This document shows positions 17,698 through 27,107 of a DNA stretch of 64,000 nt, in pieces. Both the position numbers and the translations under genes were made by a program. The DNA comes from Candidatus Krumholzibacteriia bacterium (lineage in GTDB: Bacteria > Krumholzibacteriota > Krumholzibacteriia > LZORAL124-64-63). Location of the stretch: NCBI GenBank assembly GCA_030592845.1, contig JAUVII010000001.1:2392-66391 (forward strand), read 5' to 3'. Numbering within the stretch: position 1 is the stretch's first letter; each line of letters opens with the position of its first letter. The notes beneath the pieces were generated by a model. It was not told where the DNA came from. It worked only from the letters and a program-made list of their open reading frames with translations, and did not search any database.

Positions 17698-18910
17698 TAT
17701 CCCATCTCCGATCCGCCCCTGAAGGGCGGTCCATCATTTTCAGCAATCGACTAACCCTTTGATCCTCGCCCGATTTCCGGGCGTGGTCAAGGGCCTTCGG
17801 CAAATCCACCAGGCGGTGTTCATACAGAATGGCCGCTTCCCGATGCAGCCAGGGAGTGTCAACGTCCGCGGCAAGACCGTCCAGAATGATTTTCTCCACC
17901 AGGACCCAATCCCCTCCCCTTTTCAGGATGCGCACCGCGTCTCCCAGAAAACGCGGATCCCCCAGGCCATGGTCCTTGCGCCGGGGAGCCGTGTCCACGG
18001 CCGCCTCCAGGCAGGCGATGGACAGATGTGTATCGCGCCGCCTTTCGCAGATCCGGCCCATGGCCCAACCTTCCAGCCAATTCATTTCCGCAGTTGGTTT
18101 CGAACCGCTTTCCACCAAACGCGCGGCCTCTATGACCCGCAGAAAAAGGGAGCTCATCCCCAACATGTCCCGATGATTGTGGATCATGACCTCGGGCAGC
18201 AGGCCGGGCCGGCCGGTCGTCAGGAAATCGAACCAGGTTTGAGGGATGCAGGAGCCATCGATATCACCCGCCCCCCTATCCAGACCGCAAACTTCCCTTT
18301 CAAGTGTCTGTTGACGGCAATTTTCCAGACGGTTGCCCCACAAACGCCGGGAAGGCACCAGCAGATCCCAGCCCGCCAGGGATCCGAAGGGATCTTCAAG
18401 ACGGTTCAACCGCGCACGCGTCCTAAGCAAAGGAAGATCATAGGAAGCGCCGTTGAAGGTGACCACAACCCTGAATCCGGAAGCCAGATCGGCCAATTCA
18501 ATCAACAGGGCGGCCTCATGCCCGGGGTCGGGAAGAAAATACTGCCGGGTGTGCAGGCCGCCGCTCCCCCACCAGGATACTCCCACCAGAAATGGGATCG
18601 TCCCGGTGCCTCCAGCCAGACCGGTGGTTTCCGTGTCCATGAACAGGATTTCGCCGGGATCCTGGACAGGCTCCTTAAACCCGGTAAAAAACTCGTGCAA
18701 GCCTGGCAGGGGGAGATAAGGGGCGGGCAGGACGTCGCAATGAGATCGTGTCCAAAACGGACCGTGGGATCCCGTGTGTTCCTCCAGCCCCATTTCAAGG
18801 AGGGATCCCGACCGATCCCCGGAAACATCCTCGCCAGGTCGGTTTGCGGGCATGGAAGCGGGACGGCGGGAAAGCCTGTCCAACTGGGCCAGTCTCTTTT
18901 TCAGATCCAT
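17675..18910 (-). CDS. mrfB: YprB/MrfB-like RNase-H-fold 3'-5' exonuclease
   Basis: DEDD exo I motif ILFMDTETTGLAGGTGTIPFLVGVSW. ATG (MDLKKRLAQL) overlaps the helicase stop (ATGA). TPR-like C-terminal half. Confidence 0.7.
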   Translation of the reverse strand: MDLKKRLAQLDRLSRRPASMPANRPGEDVSGDRSGSLLEMGLEEHTGSHGPFWTRSHCDVLPAPYLPLPGLHEFFTGFKEPVQDPGEILFMDTETTGLAGGTGTIPFLVGVSWWGSGGLHTRQYFLPDPGHEAALLIELADLASGFRVVVTFNGASYDLPLLRTRARLNRLEDPFGSLAGWDLLVPSRRLWGNRLENCRQQTLEREVCGLDRGAGDIDGSCIPQTWFDFLTTGRPGLLPEVMIHNHRDMLGMSSLFLRVIEAARLVESGSKPTAEMNWLEGWAMGRICERRRDTHLSIACLEAAVDTAPRRKDHGLGDPRFLGDAVRILKRGGDWVLVEKIILDGLAADVDTPWLHREAAILYEHRLVDLPKALDHARKSGEDQRVSRLLKMMDRPSGADRRWDNDQSDQG

Positions 18911-18912
18911 GG

Positions 18913-21195
18913 TCAAGCCTCGCCGGCGGCCTGACCTGTTTGCCCCAACAGCCAACGGGCGCCCTTGCTGGCCGTTGTCCCGGAATCCACGGCCGGGCCG
19001 ACGCAGGAAGGACATCCCTTCTCGCAGGGACACTGCGAAAGATGCCTTTTGGCGGCAAGACAGATATCCTCGAACTGTTCGAAGATCCGCCGGGCGTAGC
19101 CGACTCCGCCGGGGAAGGCATCGTACAGATAGAGCGTGGGATTCCCGGTGAAGGGAGACCGGACCATGGCGGTGGCATGAAGGTCGGCCGGATCGGCCAT
19201 GATGAACAGCGGGGCCACGCGCCCCAGCAGATGCGCCACACCCTTGAGGGCATCACCGAGGTCAAGCCCCTCGGCCGACATCACCGTCCCCAGGTCCGCC
19301 GGCAACTCCCACCAGAAACTGGTGGTGTGCATTTCCATCTCCGGAAGATGCACCCTCCCGGCGCCGACGTTTTCATGGGTCCCCAGTTTGATCTTCTTGT
19401 AGACGGTGACCTTGGAAACAAGCCCCACATCGCCCAGGGCCAGTTCTCCGAAGTGGAATCCCCTGCCCTCCTCGGCGGTCAGGGTCTTGAGCTCACTCTT
19501 GCGTAGCGCGTCCGTATAGTATTCCACGGTCACGGGCTGTACGTGGGCCTCCCGCCTGTCCCAGTCCAGCTTGTCCACGTGGTACTGCTGGGCACCGTGA
19601 ATGTAAACGGCATCGTCATGAAGCATTTCCTGGGCGCTGAACAGGTCCATTTCCCCGATGACACGGCCGCCCTGCGGGGCCTTGTCGATGATGACGACGT
19701 TGTCGGGCGCCGCGCTTCGCAGACTGACGTCCTCGGCGGGATAGGTGTCGCTCACCCAATGGTATCTGTCCCCACTGTGGTGGAGCACCTTCATGTCCGC
19801 AAGATAGTCGAGGATCTCCGCAACTTCGCGCCCTCCGAAATTTTCCTGCGACCCGAAGGGCAATTCGAAGGCGGCACATTTCAGATGACTCATGAGGATG
19901 ACCAGGTTGTCCGGGTCCAGGGAAGCGTGTTCCGGGCTGCGGCCGAAAAAATAGTCCGGGTTGTTGATGATGTACTGGTCGCCGGGACTGCTTGAGGCGA
20001 CCAGCACCACCGCGCTCAGGTTCTGCCTCCGTCCCGCGCGCCCCGCCTGCTGCCAGGTGCTCGCGACTGTGCCGGCATACCCGGCCATGATGCAGACATC
20101 CAGGCGGCCGATATCAATCCCAAGCTCCAGGGCGTTGGTGGATACCACGGTGGTAACGGTCCCATCCCGCAGACCCGATTCGATCGCCCGGCGTTCGGTC
20201 GGCAGGTATCCACCCCGGTAACCCCGGACTTCGCCGCTCTTGATGCCCACCCGGCGGCCGGATTTTTCGAGATAGGTCAGCAGGAGTTCCACCCGCATGC
20301 GGCTGCGGGCAAAAACAATGAGTTGGGCGCCGGAGGACATGAAACGTTCGGCGATCGCGCGGGTGGTCTTGATCACCGAACGCCGGATGCCGAGTTCCCG
20401 GTTCACCACAGGCGGGTTATAGAAAATGAAATGCTTCCGGCCCCTGGGAGCCCCGTTCCGGTCGATGATCTTGACGTCCAGGCCGGTGAGCCTGGAGGCC
20501 AGCTCCCCCGGGTTGGCGATGGTGGCGGAGCAGCAGATGAACTGGGGGTCACTGCCATAGAAGTTGGCCACGCGGCGCAGGCGGCGAATGACGTTGCCCA
20601 CATGACTGCCGAACACGCCCCGGTAATTGTGAACTTCGTCGACGACCACGAATTTAAGGTTTTCGAACAGCTTCACCCACAGGGTGTGATGAGGAAGAAT
20701 TCCCTGGTGGAGCATATCCGGATTGGTGACCACGATATGTCCGCTGCTGCGAATGGCGCGCCGCGCGGTTGCCGGAGTATCCCCGTCAAAGGTGAAAGTC
20801 TTGATGTCCTCGCCCAGGTCAGTGACGATGCCGTGGACCTCGTGCATCTGGTCCTGGCTGAGGGCCTTGGTTGGAAAAAGATAAAGCGCGCGGGAACGGC
20901 GGTCCCGCAGAATCGCGTCCAGTACCGGCAGGTTGTAACAGAGGGTCTTGCCGCTGGCCGTGGGCGTGGGTACGACGAATGAATGTCCCTGGCGGGCCAG
21001 TTCCACCGCCTCGGCCTGATGGCTGTAGAGACGATCGACGCCCCGGTTTTTCATGACATCGATCAGCCGTGGTTCGAGGCTGTCGGGGTATTCCGAATAG
21101 TGTCCCGGCTCAGGCGGGATCACTTCCCAACGGTTGACGTTGCGCAGGAACCGGTCATCGGCCTTCAGCTGGTCAAGTAGCTGGGCAAGATTCAA
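18913..21195 (-). CDS. mrfA: YprA/MrfA-like DEAD/DEAH-box helicase with C-terminal DUF1998 zinc module
   Basis: Walker A PTPTASGKTLCYNLP. DEVH box (VVVDEVHNYRG). Helicase C motifs. C-terminal CPCEKGCPSCVGP four-Cys cluster. Confidence 0.8.
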   Translation of the reverse strand: MNLAQLLDQLKADDRFLRNVNRWEVIPPEPGHYSEYPDSLEPRLIDVMKNRGVDRLYSHQAEAVELARQGHSFVVPTPTASGKTLCYNLPVLDAILRDRRSRALYLFPTKALSQDQMHEVHGIVTDLGEDIKTFTFDGDTPATARRAIRSSGHIVVTNPDMLHQGILPHHTLWVKLFENLKFVVVDEVHNYRGVFGSHVGNVIRRLRRVANFYGSDPQFICCSATIANPGELASRLTGLDVKIIDRNGAPRGRKHFIFYNPPVVNRELGIRRSVIKTTRAIAERFMSSGAQLIVFARSRMRVELLLTYLEKSGRRVGIKSGEVRGYRGGYLPTERRAIESGLRDGTVTTVVSTNALELGIDIGRLDVCIMAGYAGTVASTWQQAGRAGRRQNLSAVVLVASSSPGDQYIINNPDYFFGRSPEHASLDPDNLVILMSHLKCAAFELPFGSQENFGGREVAEILDYLADMKVLHHSGDRYHWVSDTYPAEDVSLRSAAPDNVVIIDKAPQGGRVIGEMDLFSAQEMLHDDAVYIHGAQQYHVDKLDWDRREAHVQPVTVEYYTDALRKSELKTLTAEEGRGFHFGELALGDVGLVSKVTVYKKIKLGTHENVGAGRVHLPEMEMHTTSFWWELPADLGTVMSAEGLDLGDALKGVAHLLGRVAPLFIMADPADLHATAMVRSPFTGNPTLYLYDAFPGGVGYARRIFEQFEDICLAAKRHLSQCPCEKGCPSCVGPAVDSGTTASKGARWLLGQTGQAAGEA

Positions 21196-21212
21196 AAGCG
21201 CCTCCCGGTCGA

Positions 21213-21473
21213 TCAGCTCGGCGTGTTGTCGTTCGGCTTGCTGTCTTCGCTGGGGGGGTCGTCTTTCATTTCACGGCTCACATCGTCGATTTCACGCTTC
21301 ACTTCATCGGTGGCGCTTCTGGTGGCCGTCTTGAACTTGCGGATGGACTTGCCCATGGCTTCGGCGATTTCCGGCAAACGTTTGGGACCGAAAAGTATCA
21401 GGGCCAGGGCCAGGACCAATACGATTTCAGACCATCCGGCCATGCCGGGTATGATGGCGACAAAGGAATTCAT
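21213..21473 (-). CDS. tatA: twin-arginine translocase subunit TatA/E
   Basis: TM helix followed by FGPKRLPEIAEAMGKSIRKFK. GGAGGA RBS 9 nt upstream of ATG (MNSF...). Confidence 0.85.
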   Translation of the reverse strand: MNSFVAIIPGMAGWSEIVLVLALALILFGPKRLPEIAEAMGKSIRKFKTATRSATDEVKREIDDVSREMKDDPPSEDSKPNDNTPS

Positions 21474-21494
21474 CAAGAGCATCCTCCGAAGTAG

Positions 21495-21758
21495 CTAGCG
21501 GTACCATCTGAGCATCTGGGAGGCGACAAACACCCCGATGACACTCATCAGGTTGAAATGAATCTCGAAGCCGAATGTCAAATCGATGATGACCAGGTTC
21601 CAGTGGGTCACCTCGGGTCCAAAGGAAATGTATCGGACGAACAGCTGTTCGGCCACACTTCCCTCGTTCAAAAACAAGCCGATCACCTCACTGAAGATGG
21701 CACCGACCAGGACGCCAAGAGTCAGGGTGAGGACTATTATTCCCAGGGATTTCTGCAT
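21495..21758 (-). CDS. DUF4321-family small membrane protein
   Basis: MQKSLGIIVLTLTLGVLVGAIFSEVIG...LTFGFEIHFNLMSVIG pattern. The ORF-track N-terminal extension is probably not translated. Confidence 0.55.
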   Translation of the reverse strand: MQKSLGIIVLTLTLGVLVGAIFSEVIGLFLNEGSVAEQLFVRYISFGPEVTHWNLVIIDLTFGFEIHFNLMSVIGVFVASQMLRWYR

Positions 21759-21887
21759 CAGTTTCGAACTTTCCGGTTTTCCTTGTCCCAATTCCGGCCC
21801 TGAATCTTCCTCAGGGCGTGAACCTGCGGGCCCGAAGACAATAATACCCGCCTCACCCGGATGAAAACAGCTCTTTTCGACATCCAC

Positions 21888-22349
21888 CTAGTTCCCGGAC
21901 GACAGATTTCCTTCAAGGCCAGCTTCCAGTTCGGCAAAATCACGGCCAAGGACCAGAACCGCATCCTCGCTGCCCCTGCTGTCCCATTCCCTAATCACCC
22001 GGATGTCTCCCAAACGGCGGGCCAGAGCGGCGGCCCTGTCATCGGACAGCTTCCGGTTAACCAGAAGTGATTGGGCGAAATCCCGGCCGGGAGCATTACC
22101 GAAACTTTCAGCGACACACCCGGCACGGCCCAGCAACAGGCTGACCTTCCGGGCCAACCCGGCCTCGTTGGTCCCATTGAGAACAGCCAGGTGGATGGGC
22201 GCATCCTCCTTTGACATGGCGTAGGAGGCCGCCGGAACCGGAGAGACTTCAGCCTCCATGGCGCTTTCGCTTCCCCGGAGAACCAGATCCTTCCCCAACC
22301 AGAGGGACACCGCGCAAATAACCACAAAGAGCAGCAACCAGATATTCAT
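21888..22349 (-). CDS. LytR_C (LytR/CpsA/Psr C-terminal) domain membrane-anchored protein
   Basis: Start at MNIWLLLFVVICAVSLWLG (TM). HLAVLNGTNEAGLARKVSLLLGRAG...LSDDRAAALARRLG. Confidence 0.55.
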   Translation of the reverse strand: MNIWLLLFVVICAVSLWLGKDLVLRGSESAMEAEVSPVPAASYAMSKEDAPIHLAVLNGTNEAGLARKVSLLLGRAGCVAESFGNAPGRDFAQSLLVNRKLSDDRAAALARRLGDIRVIREWDSRGSEDAVLVLGRDFAELEAGLEGNLSSGN

Positions 22350-22357
22350 CCGTCCCC

Positions 22358-22855
22358 TCACGGAGTTTCCCCCGCGAGCCTGGCGACGATCGGCAGGAGC
22401 ATTTCGTAACTTTGATCGAGGGTCAGGGGCATGACCCGGGTTTCGCCGATGGTGCTCATGAAGTTGGTGTCTCCGGACCAGCGGGGCAGCATATGGACAT
22501 GAAGGTGGTCGGGAATTCCCGCTCCGGCGCTGATGCCGCCATTGTAACCGCAATTGATGCCCTCGGGTTTGAACGCCTCCATCAAGGAGGCCTCCATGAC
22601 CCGCAGCAGGATTCCGAGTTCCCCCAGTTCGGCGGGCGTGCAGTCTGAAAGCATGGGTTGATGGCGGTTCAACACACACAACATGTGTCCCCCGTTATAG
22701 GGGTAGAGATTCATGATCAGATACCAATGCTTACCGCGATGCAGAATGAAATTCTCCTGGTTGTCGCAATCCAGGCGGTTGCAGAAGACACACCCTTTTT
22801 CCTTTTTTTTCCCGGTCACGTATTCGAACCTCCAGGGTGTGCAAAGCCGATCCAT
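22358..22855 (-). CDS. HIT (histidine triad) family nucleotide hydrolase/transferase
   Basis: Start at MDRLCTPWRFEY. CVFC zinc-knuckle-like. HIT motif HLHVHMLPRW. Confidence 0.75.
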   Translation of the reverse strand: MDRLCTPWRFEYVTGKKKEKGCVFCNRLDCDNQENFILHRGKHWYLIMNLYPYNGGHMLCVLNRHQPMLSDCTPAELGELGILLRVMEASLMEAFKPEGINCGYNGGISAGAGIPDHLHVHMLPRWSGDTNFMSTIGETRVMPLTLDQSYEMLLPIVARLAGETP

Positions 22856-22856
22856 G

Positions 22857-23624
22857 CTACCGGCTCCGTCGCGCCAGCAGCGATTCCGCCACCTCGAGTT
22901 CAGCGACGGTATTGATGCCGACCACTTCATCGGGATCAAGGGTGGCCACGGCTTCGACCGGATGTCCGGCGCCCACCAGATAGGCAACCGTATCGGTCAG
23001 ATAGTACTCCCCCTGCTGATTGTCGGTGGTTAGATTCGCCAGGGCCTCGATCAGGCATTCGGTCTTGAAGCAGAAGACCCCGGTGTTGTACTCCCCGATG
23101 GCAAGTTCATCCGGGCCGGCATCGCGAGCCTCGACGATTTTCAGGACGCGGCCCGCCGAGTCCTTGACGATCCGTCCATAGGCCCCCGCATCCTCCACCT
23201 GGCAAGTCAGAACCACCGCCGAAGCTCCTCCCGAGATGGTCCCCGCCAAAAGCCGTTCCAGGGTTTCGGCCCGCAACAGGGGAACGTCCCCGGCCAGGAC
23301 CACACTGTATCCTCCCATCCGCAAACTACCGGCAGCGACCTGAACGGCATGGCCGGTTCCCAACTGGGGTTCCTGCAGGACAAACTCGATCCCCTCGCGC
23401 CGGCAAGTCTTCTCCACCAGGTCGGCCTCGTGTCCCACGACAACCACCGTGTGATCGATCCCCACCGCCGCAACGGTATCCAAAACATGATCCAGCAACG
23501 GGCGGCCCGCAATTTCGTGCAGGACCTTGGGCAAATCCGATTTCATCCGCGTACCCTTGCCCGCCGCCAGAACCACCGCGTCGATCAGACGATCACGTCC
23601 CATGTCTTCACTCCCGTTCATCAA
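22857..23624 (-). CDS. sugar-1-phosphate nucleotidyltransferase resembling the N-terminal uridyltransferase domain of GlmU (no left-handed beta-helix acetyltransferase domain)
   Basis: VVLAAGKGTRMKSDLPKVLHEIAGRPLLDHV...QEPQLGTGHAV...GEYYLTD. Only about 255 aa. Confidence 0.75.
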   Translation of the reverse strand: MMNGSEDMGRDRLIDAVVLAAGKGTRMKSDLPKVLHEIAGRPLLDHVLDTVAAVGIDHTVVVVGHEADLVEKTCRREGIEFVLQEPQLGTGHAVQVAAGSLRMGGYSVVLAGDVPLLRAETLERLLAGTISGGASAVVLTCQVEDAGAYGRIVKDSAGRVLKIVEARDAGPDELAIGEYNTGVFCFKTECLIEALANLTTDNQQGEYYLTDTVAYLVGAGHPVEAVATLDPDEVVGINTVAELEVAESLLARRSR

Positions 23625-24523
23625 ACCATCCCTGGGCTGCCGCGATGCTCTGCTATCTCATCCAGCAGCACGGCATCGGTTACTCCGGTTTCGGAAACAT
23701 CCACTACGAAATTATCGATCAGCCTGGCGGGCCCGACCCGCGCGGCCACCGCCAGCAGAACCCGGCCGGACAGTTGTTCCTCAACTGCCAGATCGGGGAC
23801 CCGGCGCACTTCCGCGTACTCGACCTGGTCCGCCGCGGCCAGTTTCCCCAGCATGGCGGCTGCCACTTCCGCGCTTTGTCTTTCACCGGAAACCAGGAGA
23901 TCGCGCCCGGCTGCCAGGGCGCCGGAAAGACAGAGGGCCCGTTCCCTTTCGGCGGGATCCAGGTATCTGTTCCGGGAAGACATGGCCAACCCGTCGGGTT
24001 CCCGAACAGTGGGGCCGTCGATCAAACGGATCCCCATCTTGAGATCTTCAACCATCTGGGCGATGACCAGGCATTGCTGCGCATCCTTCCGGCCGAACAC
24101 GGCAATGTCCGGGCGGACCGCGCCAAAAAGCTTGGCCACCACGGTCAGGACACCGGCGAAATGGCCCGGCCGGTCGCCCCCGCAAAGGCCCTGCCCACGG
24201 TTCCCGGGCAGAACGGTAACTTCCCCCCGGGCCCCGTACATCAAGGCGACGTCGGGCGCGAAAACCGCATCCACTCCCAGGGGCTCGATCAGGGACAGGT
24301 CCCTTTCCAGGTCCCGGGGATAGGATTCAAAATCCTCACCCTCTCCAAACTGTTTCGGGTTGACGAAGATCGATACGACCACCGGCCCGAATTCCCGTCC
24401 CAGGTCCACCAGGCTGAGATGTCCCTGGTGAAGGGCGCCCATGGTGGGCACCAGGACCAGGGGCCGTCCTTCACGCCTCAGGGACAGGGCGTCCAGATCG
24501 GCTGGAGTTCGGCAAACCTTCAT
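23621..24523 (-). CDS. panC: pantoate--beta-alanine ligase
   Basis: LVPTMGALHQGHLSLV, FVNPKQF, GRKDAQQ motifs. Confidence 0.9.
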   Translation of the reverse strand: MKVCRTPADLDALSLRREGRPLVLVPTMGALHQGHLSLVDLGREFGPVVVSIFVNPKQFGEGEDFESYPRDLERDLSLIEPLGVDAVFAPDVALMYGARGEVTVLPGNRGQGLCGGDRPGHFAGVLTVVAKLFGAVRPDIAVFGRKDAQQCLVIAQMVEDLKMGIRLIDGPTVREPDGLAMSSRNRYLDPAERERALCLSGALAAGRDLLVSGERQSAEVAAAMLGKLAAADQVEYAEVRRVPDLAVEEQLSGRVLLAVAARVGPARLIDNFVVDVSETGVTDAVLLDEIAEHRGSPGMV

Positions 24524-24528
24524 GCCGG

Positions 24529-25464
24529 TCAGCCCTCGCCTTTGCCAGGATTTCCCAGATACCCCGATTGACCGCTGACGTTGGTTCCCAACCCGTTTTC
24601 GGATCCATTTTTCGCGTCTCCGGGCGACTCCTTTTGCGCCGGAGAGGGTTCCGGGCCGTACTCGTGCTCGGGTCCGGGAAACGAACCGTCCCTGACTTCA
24701 CCGGTAAAATGCGCCACCGCATCCACGGCGGCAGTCCCCAATTCGGCGTAACGCTTGACGAACTTTGGCTTGAGACCGGTGAACAGGCCCAGCATATCGT
24801 GGAACACGAGGACCTGACCGTCACACCCCGGACCGGCTCCGATGCCGATGGTCGGGATGCTCAATCGCGATGAGATCTTTTCCGCCAGCGAAGCCGGAAC
24901 ACATTCCAGAACGAGGGCGAAACAGCCGATCTCCTCCAGGAAAAGCGCGTCTTCAAGCAGGGTATCGCCGGCCTTTTCACCCCGCCCCTGAACTTTGTAG
25001 CCGCCGAACCGGTTGACCGACTGGGGCGTAAGTCCCAAATGCCCCATGACGGGAATTTCGGCATCGATCAGGGCCCTGATCGCTTCGGCGCGGCAGCGCC
25101 CCCCCTCGAGCTTGACGGCGCTTGCACCTCCATCCTTCACCAGACGCAGCGCGTGCCGCACCGTCTCGACGGCGGAGACATGGAAACTGCCGTAGGGCAT
25201 ATCCGCGATGACGGGAACACGGGGCCGGGCCCTGCCGACGGCCTTGCAGTGATGAAGCATCTCGTCGACCGTCACCGGCAGGGTGTTCTCATAGCCCAGG
25301 ACGACCATGCCGAGAGAATCCCCCACCAGGATGGCGTCAACGCCGCCGGCGGCGGCGATCAGCGCACTGGTCAGATCGTATGCCGTCAACACAACGATTT
25401 TCCGCCCCTGCTGCTTTCGCCGGGGGAAAACGCTCATGGTAAGGGTCTTTCCCTTCCTTTCCAT
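24529..25464 (-). CDS. panB: 3-methyl-2-oxobutanoate hydroxymethyltransferase, with about 50-aa low-complexity Gly/Pro/Glu-rich C-terminal tail
   Basis: KIVVLTAYD, AILVGDSLGMVVLGY, PVIADMPYGSF motifs. Confidence 0.9.
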   Translation of the reverse strand: MERKGKTLTMSVFPRRKQQGRKIVVLTAYDLTSALIAAAGGVDAILVGDSLGMVVLGYENTLPVTVDEMLHHCKAVGRARPRVPVIADMPYGSFHVSAVETVRHALRLVKDGGASAVKLEGGRCRAEAIRALIDAEIPVMGHLGLTPQSVNRFGGYKVQGRGEKAGDTLLEDALFLEEIGCFALVLECVPASLAEKISSRLSIPTIGIGAGPGCDGQVLVFHDMLGLFTGLKPKFVKRYAELGTAAVDAVAHFTGEVRDGSFPGPEHEYGPEPSPAQKESPGDAKNGSENGLGTNVSGQSGYLGNPGKGEG

Positions 25465-25493
25465 GGTCTTGCCTTTCAGGGTGGAACCCGAAA

Positions 25494-26138
25494 CTAATCG
25501 GGTCCCGAATCGGGAGCAAAATACCGGGTGCCGTTGAACTTTTCGGTGATCTGGTCGAACAGCAGGTCAAAATCACCGGGTACGTTCACGAAATCCAGAT
25601 TATCCGTATTCACCACCAACAGGGGTGAATCCTTGTAGTGATGGAAAAAATAACTATAGGCGACGTTGAGCGCATCGAGATAACCCTCGTCCATGTCCTG
25701 TTCGAAGGCCCGGCCACGCCAGCGGATGCGCTTCATGAGCACATTCGTCCTGGCCTGCAGGTATATGACAAGATCTGGCCTGAGGACCCGTTGTTCCAGA
25801 ATGTTGGCGAGTTGGTTGTAGAGAACCAGCTCGTCGTCACTCAGGTTCAGGTTGGCGAATATCCGGTCCTTGGCGAACAGATAATCGGATATGAGCGTGG
25901 AACTGAACAGGTCGTGCTGAAAAAGATTCTGCTGCTGCCGGTAGCGGCTCAGCAGAAAAAAGATCTGGGTTTGAAAGGCGAAGGCCGACCTGTCCTCATA
26001 GAAATCGGACAGGAACGGATTTTCCTCCACCACTTCCAGATTGAGCCGGCCACTGGTCTTGGTGGCCAGGAGTTTGGTCAGACTGGTCTTGCCGACGCCG
26101 ATGACTCCTTCAACGACTATGTACCGCCAGGGCAGCAC
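25494..26138 (-). CDS. deoxynucleoside kinase (dCK/dGK family)
   Basis: P-loop VVEGVIGVGKTSL. ENPFL motif. GTG start preceded by a perfect AAGGAGG RBS, 25 nt after the folK stop. Confidence 0.8.
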   Translation of the reverse strand: MLPWRYIVVEGVIGVGKTSLTKLLATKTSGRLNLEVVEENPFLSDFYEDRSAFAFQTQIFFLLSRYRQQQNLFQHDLFSSTLISDYLFAKDRIFANLNLSDDELVLYNQLANILEQRVLRPDLVIYLQARTNVLMKRIRWRGRAFEQDMDEGYLDALNVAYSYFFHHYKDSPLLVVNTDNLDFVNVPGDFDLLFDQITEKFNGTRYFAPDSGPD

Positions 26139-26712
26139 TCCAACCCTCCTTGTTGTTGTCCGGCAAAGCATTACCAAGTTCGAGGTCTGGTCGGACCTCG
26201 ATCCACGGTCCCGACTTACGCCTTATTTTCGCACAGGCGGAGCCGATTGTCTCCCCCGAATCCGGAAATTTTACATGAGCGGCCAATTCGGCCAGCGGTT
26301 CCAGGACAAAGGCCCTGTCGCGAATCTGCGGGTGGGGCAGCTTGAGGTCCGCCCCGGCCAGCACCTGATCGCCATACAAAAGGATATCCAGATCAATGGG
26401 CCGCGGCTGCATATGCCCACCGGGCTGACGTCCCTGCCTTTGTTCCGCACCCTTCAGGACCGCCAGCAGCACGCGCGGCGACAACCTGGTCTTCAGTTCG
26501 ACGCAGGCATTGAGGTAGGGGTCCTGGCTGCCCGGCCCCACGTATTCCGTTTCATAGATCCGGCTGACGGCCGTCACCTCCAGTTCCGGATGGGTGACCA
26601 GGGCGAAAAGCGCCCATGCCAGGTGCCGGGCCCGGTCCCCCAGGTTGGTTCCCAGCCCGAGGTAGACCACTTCCGCAAGTCGCGCCGTGTTACGCCCTGG
26701 CAATCCGATCAC
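26110..26712 (-). CDS. folK: 2-amino-4-hydroxy-6-hydroxymethyldihydropteridine diphosphokinase (HPPK)
   Basis: VYLGLGTNLGDR N-terminus. RPIDLDILLYG. HPQIRDRAFVLEPL. Confidence 0.9.
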   Translation of the reverse strand: MIGLPGRNTARLAEVVYLGLGTNLGDRARHLAWALFALVTHPELEVTAVSRIYETEYVGPGSQDPYLNACVELKTRLSPRVLLAVLKGAEQRQGRQPGGHMQPRPIDLDILLYGDQVLAGADLKLPHPQIRDRAFVLEPLAELAAHVKFPDSGETIGSACAKIRRKSGPWIEVRPDLELGNALPDNNKEGWSAALAVHSR

Positions 26713-27107
26713 GAATCTTCTCCCGGGGAGCCAACCAGCCAGGACCGGTCACGGACAAACGAAACCGCCGCGCGGCCCAGAAAGTTGGGAATCGGCGGGT
26801 TGGGTTTCTGGACGGTGACCTTGACCTTCTCCACGGGGAAGCTGTCCAGCAAAAGCCGGCAAAGATGCCCGGCCAAAGCTTCGATCAACTGAAAGGTCGT
26901 CCCGGCCGTCGATTCGGTGATGCACCGGTGGACGGCTGTGTAATCAAGAGCCTGGGCCAGGGAATCGGTGGTCGCGGCGGGACCGCAATCGGTCCACAAG
27001 TCCACGTCGATGACAAAGCGCTGCCCCAGCTCACGCTCCGCCGGATGGACGCCGTGGTGGGCGTAGACATCGATTCCGTGCAGGCTGACTTTATCCATCA
27101 TCGCCAA
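26709..27107 (-). CDS. folB: dihydroneopterin aldolase
   Basis: GIDVYAHHGVHPAERELGQRFVIDVDL signature. 4-bp overlap with folK. Confidence 0.85.
   Translation of the reverse strand: MAMMDKVSLHGIDVYAHHGVHPAERELGQRFVIDVDLWTDCGPAATTDSLAQALDYTAVHRCITESTAGTTFQLIEALAGHLCRLLLDSFPVEKVKVTVQKPNPPIPNFLGRAAVSFVRDRSWLVGSPGEDS

Noticed and set aside
17759-18934. 391-aa plus-strand ORF
   Set aside because: Antisense to the mrfB-like exonuclease gene.
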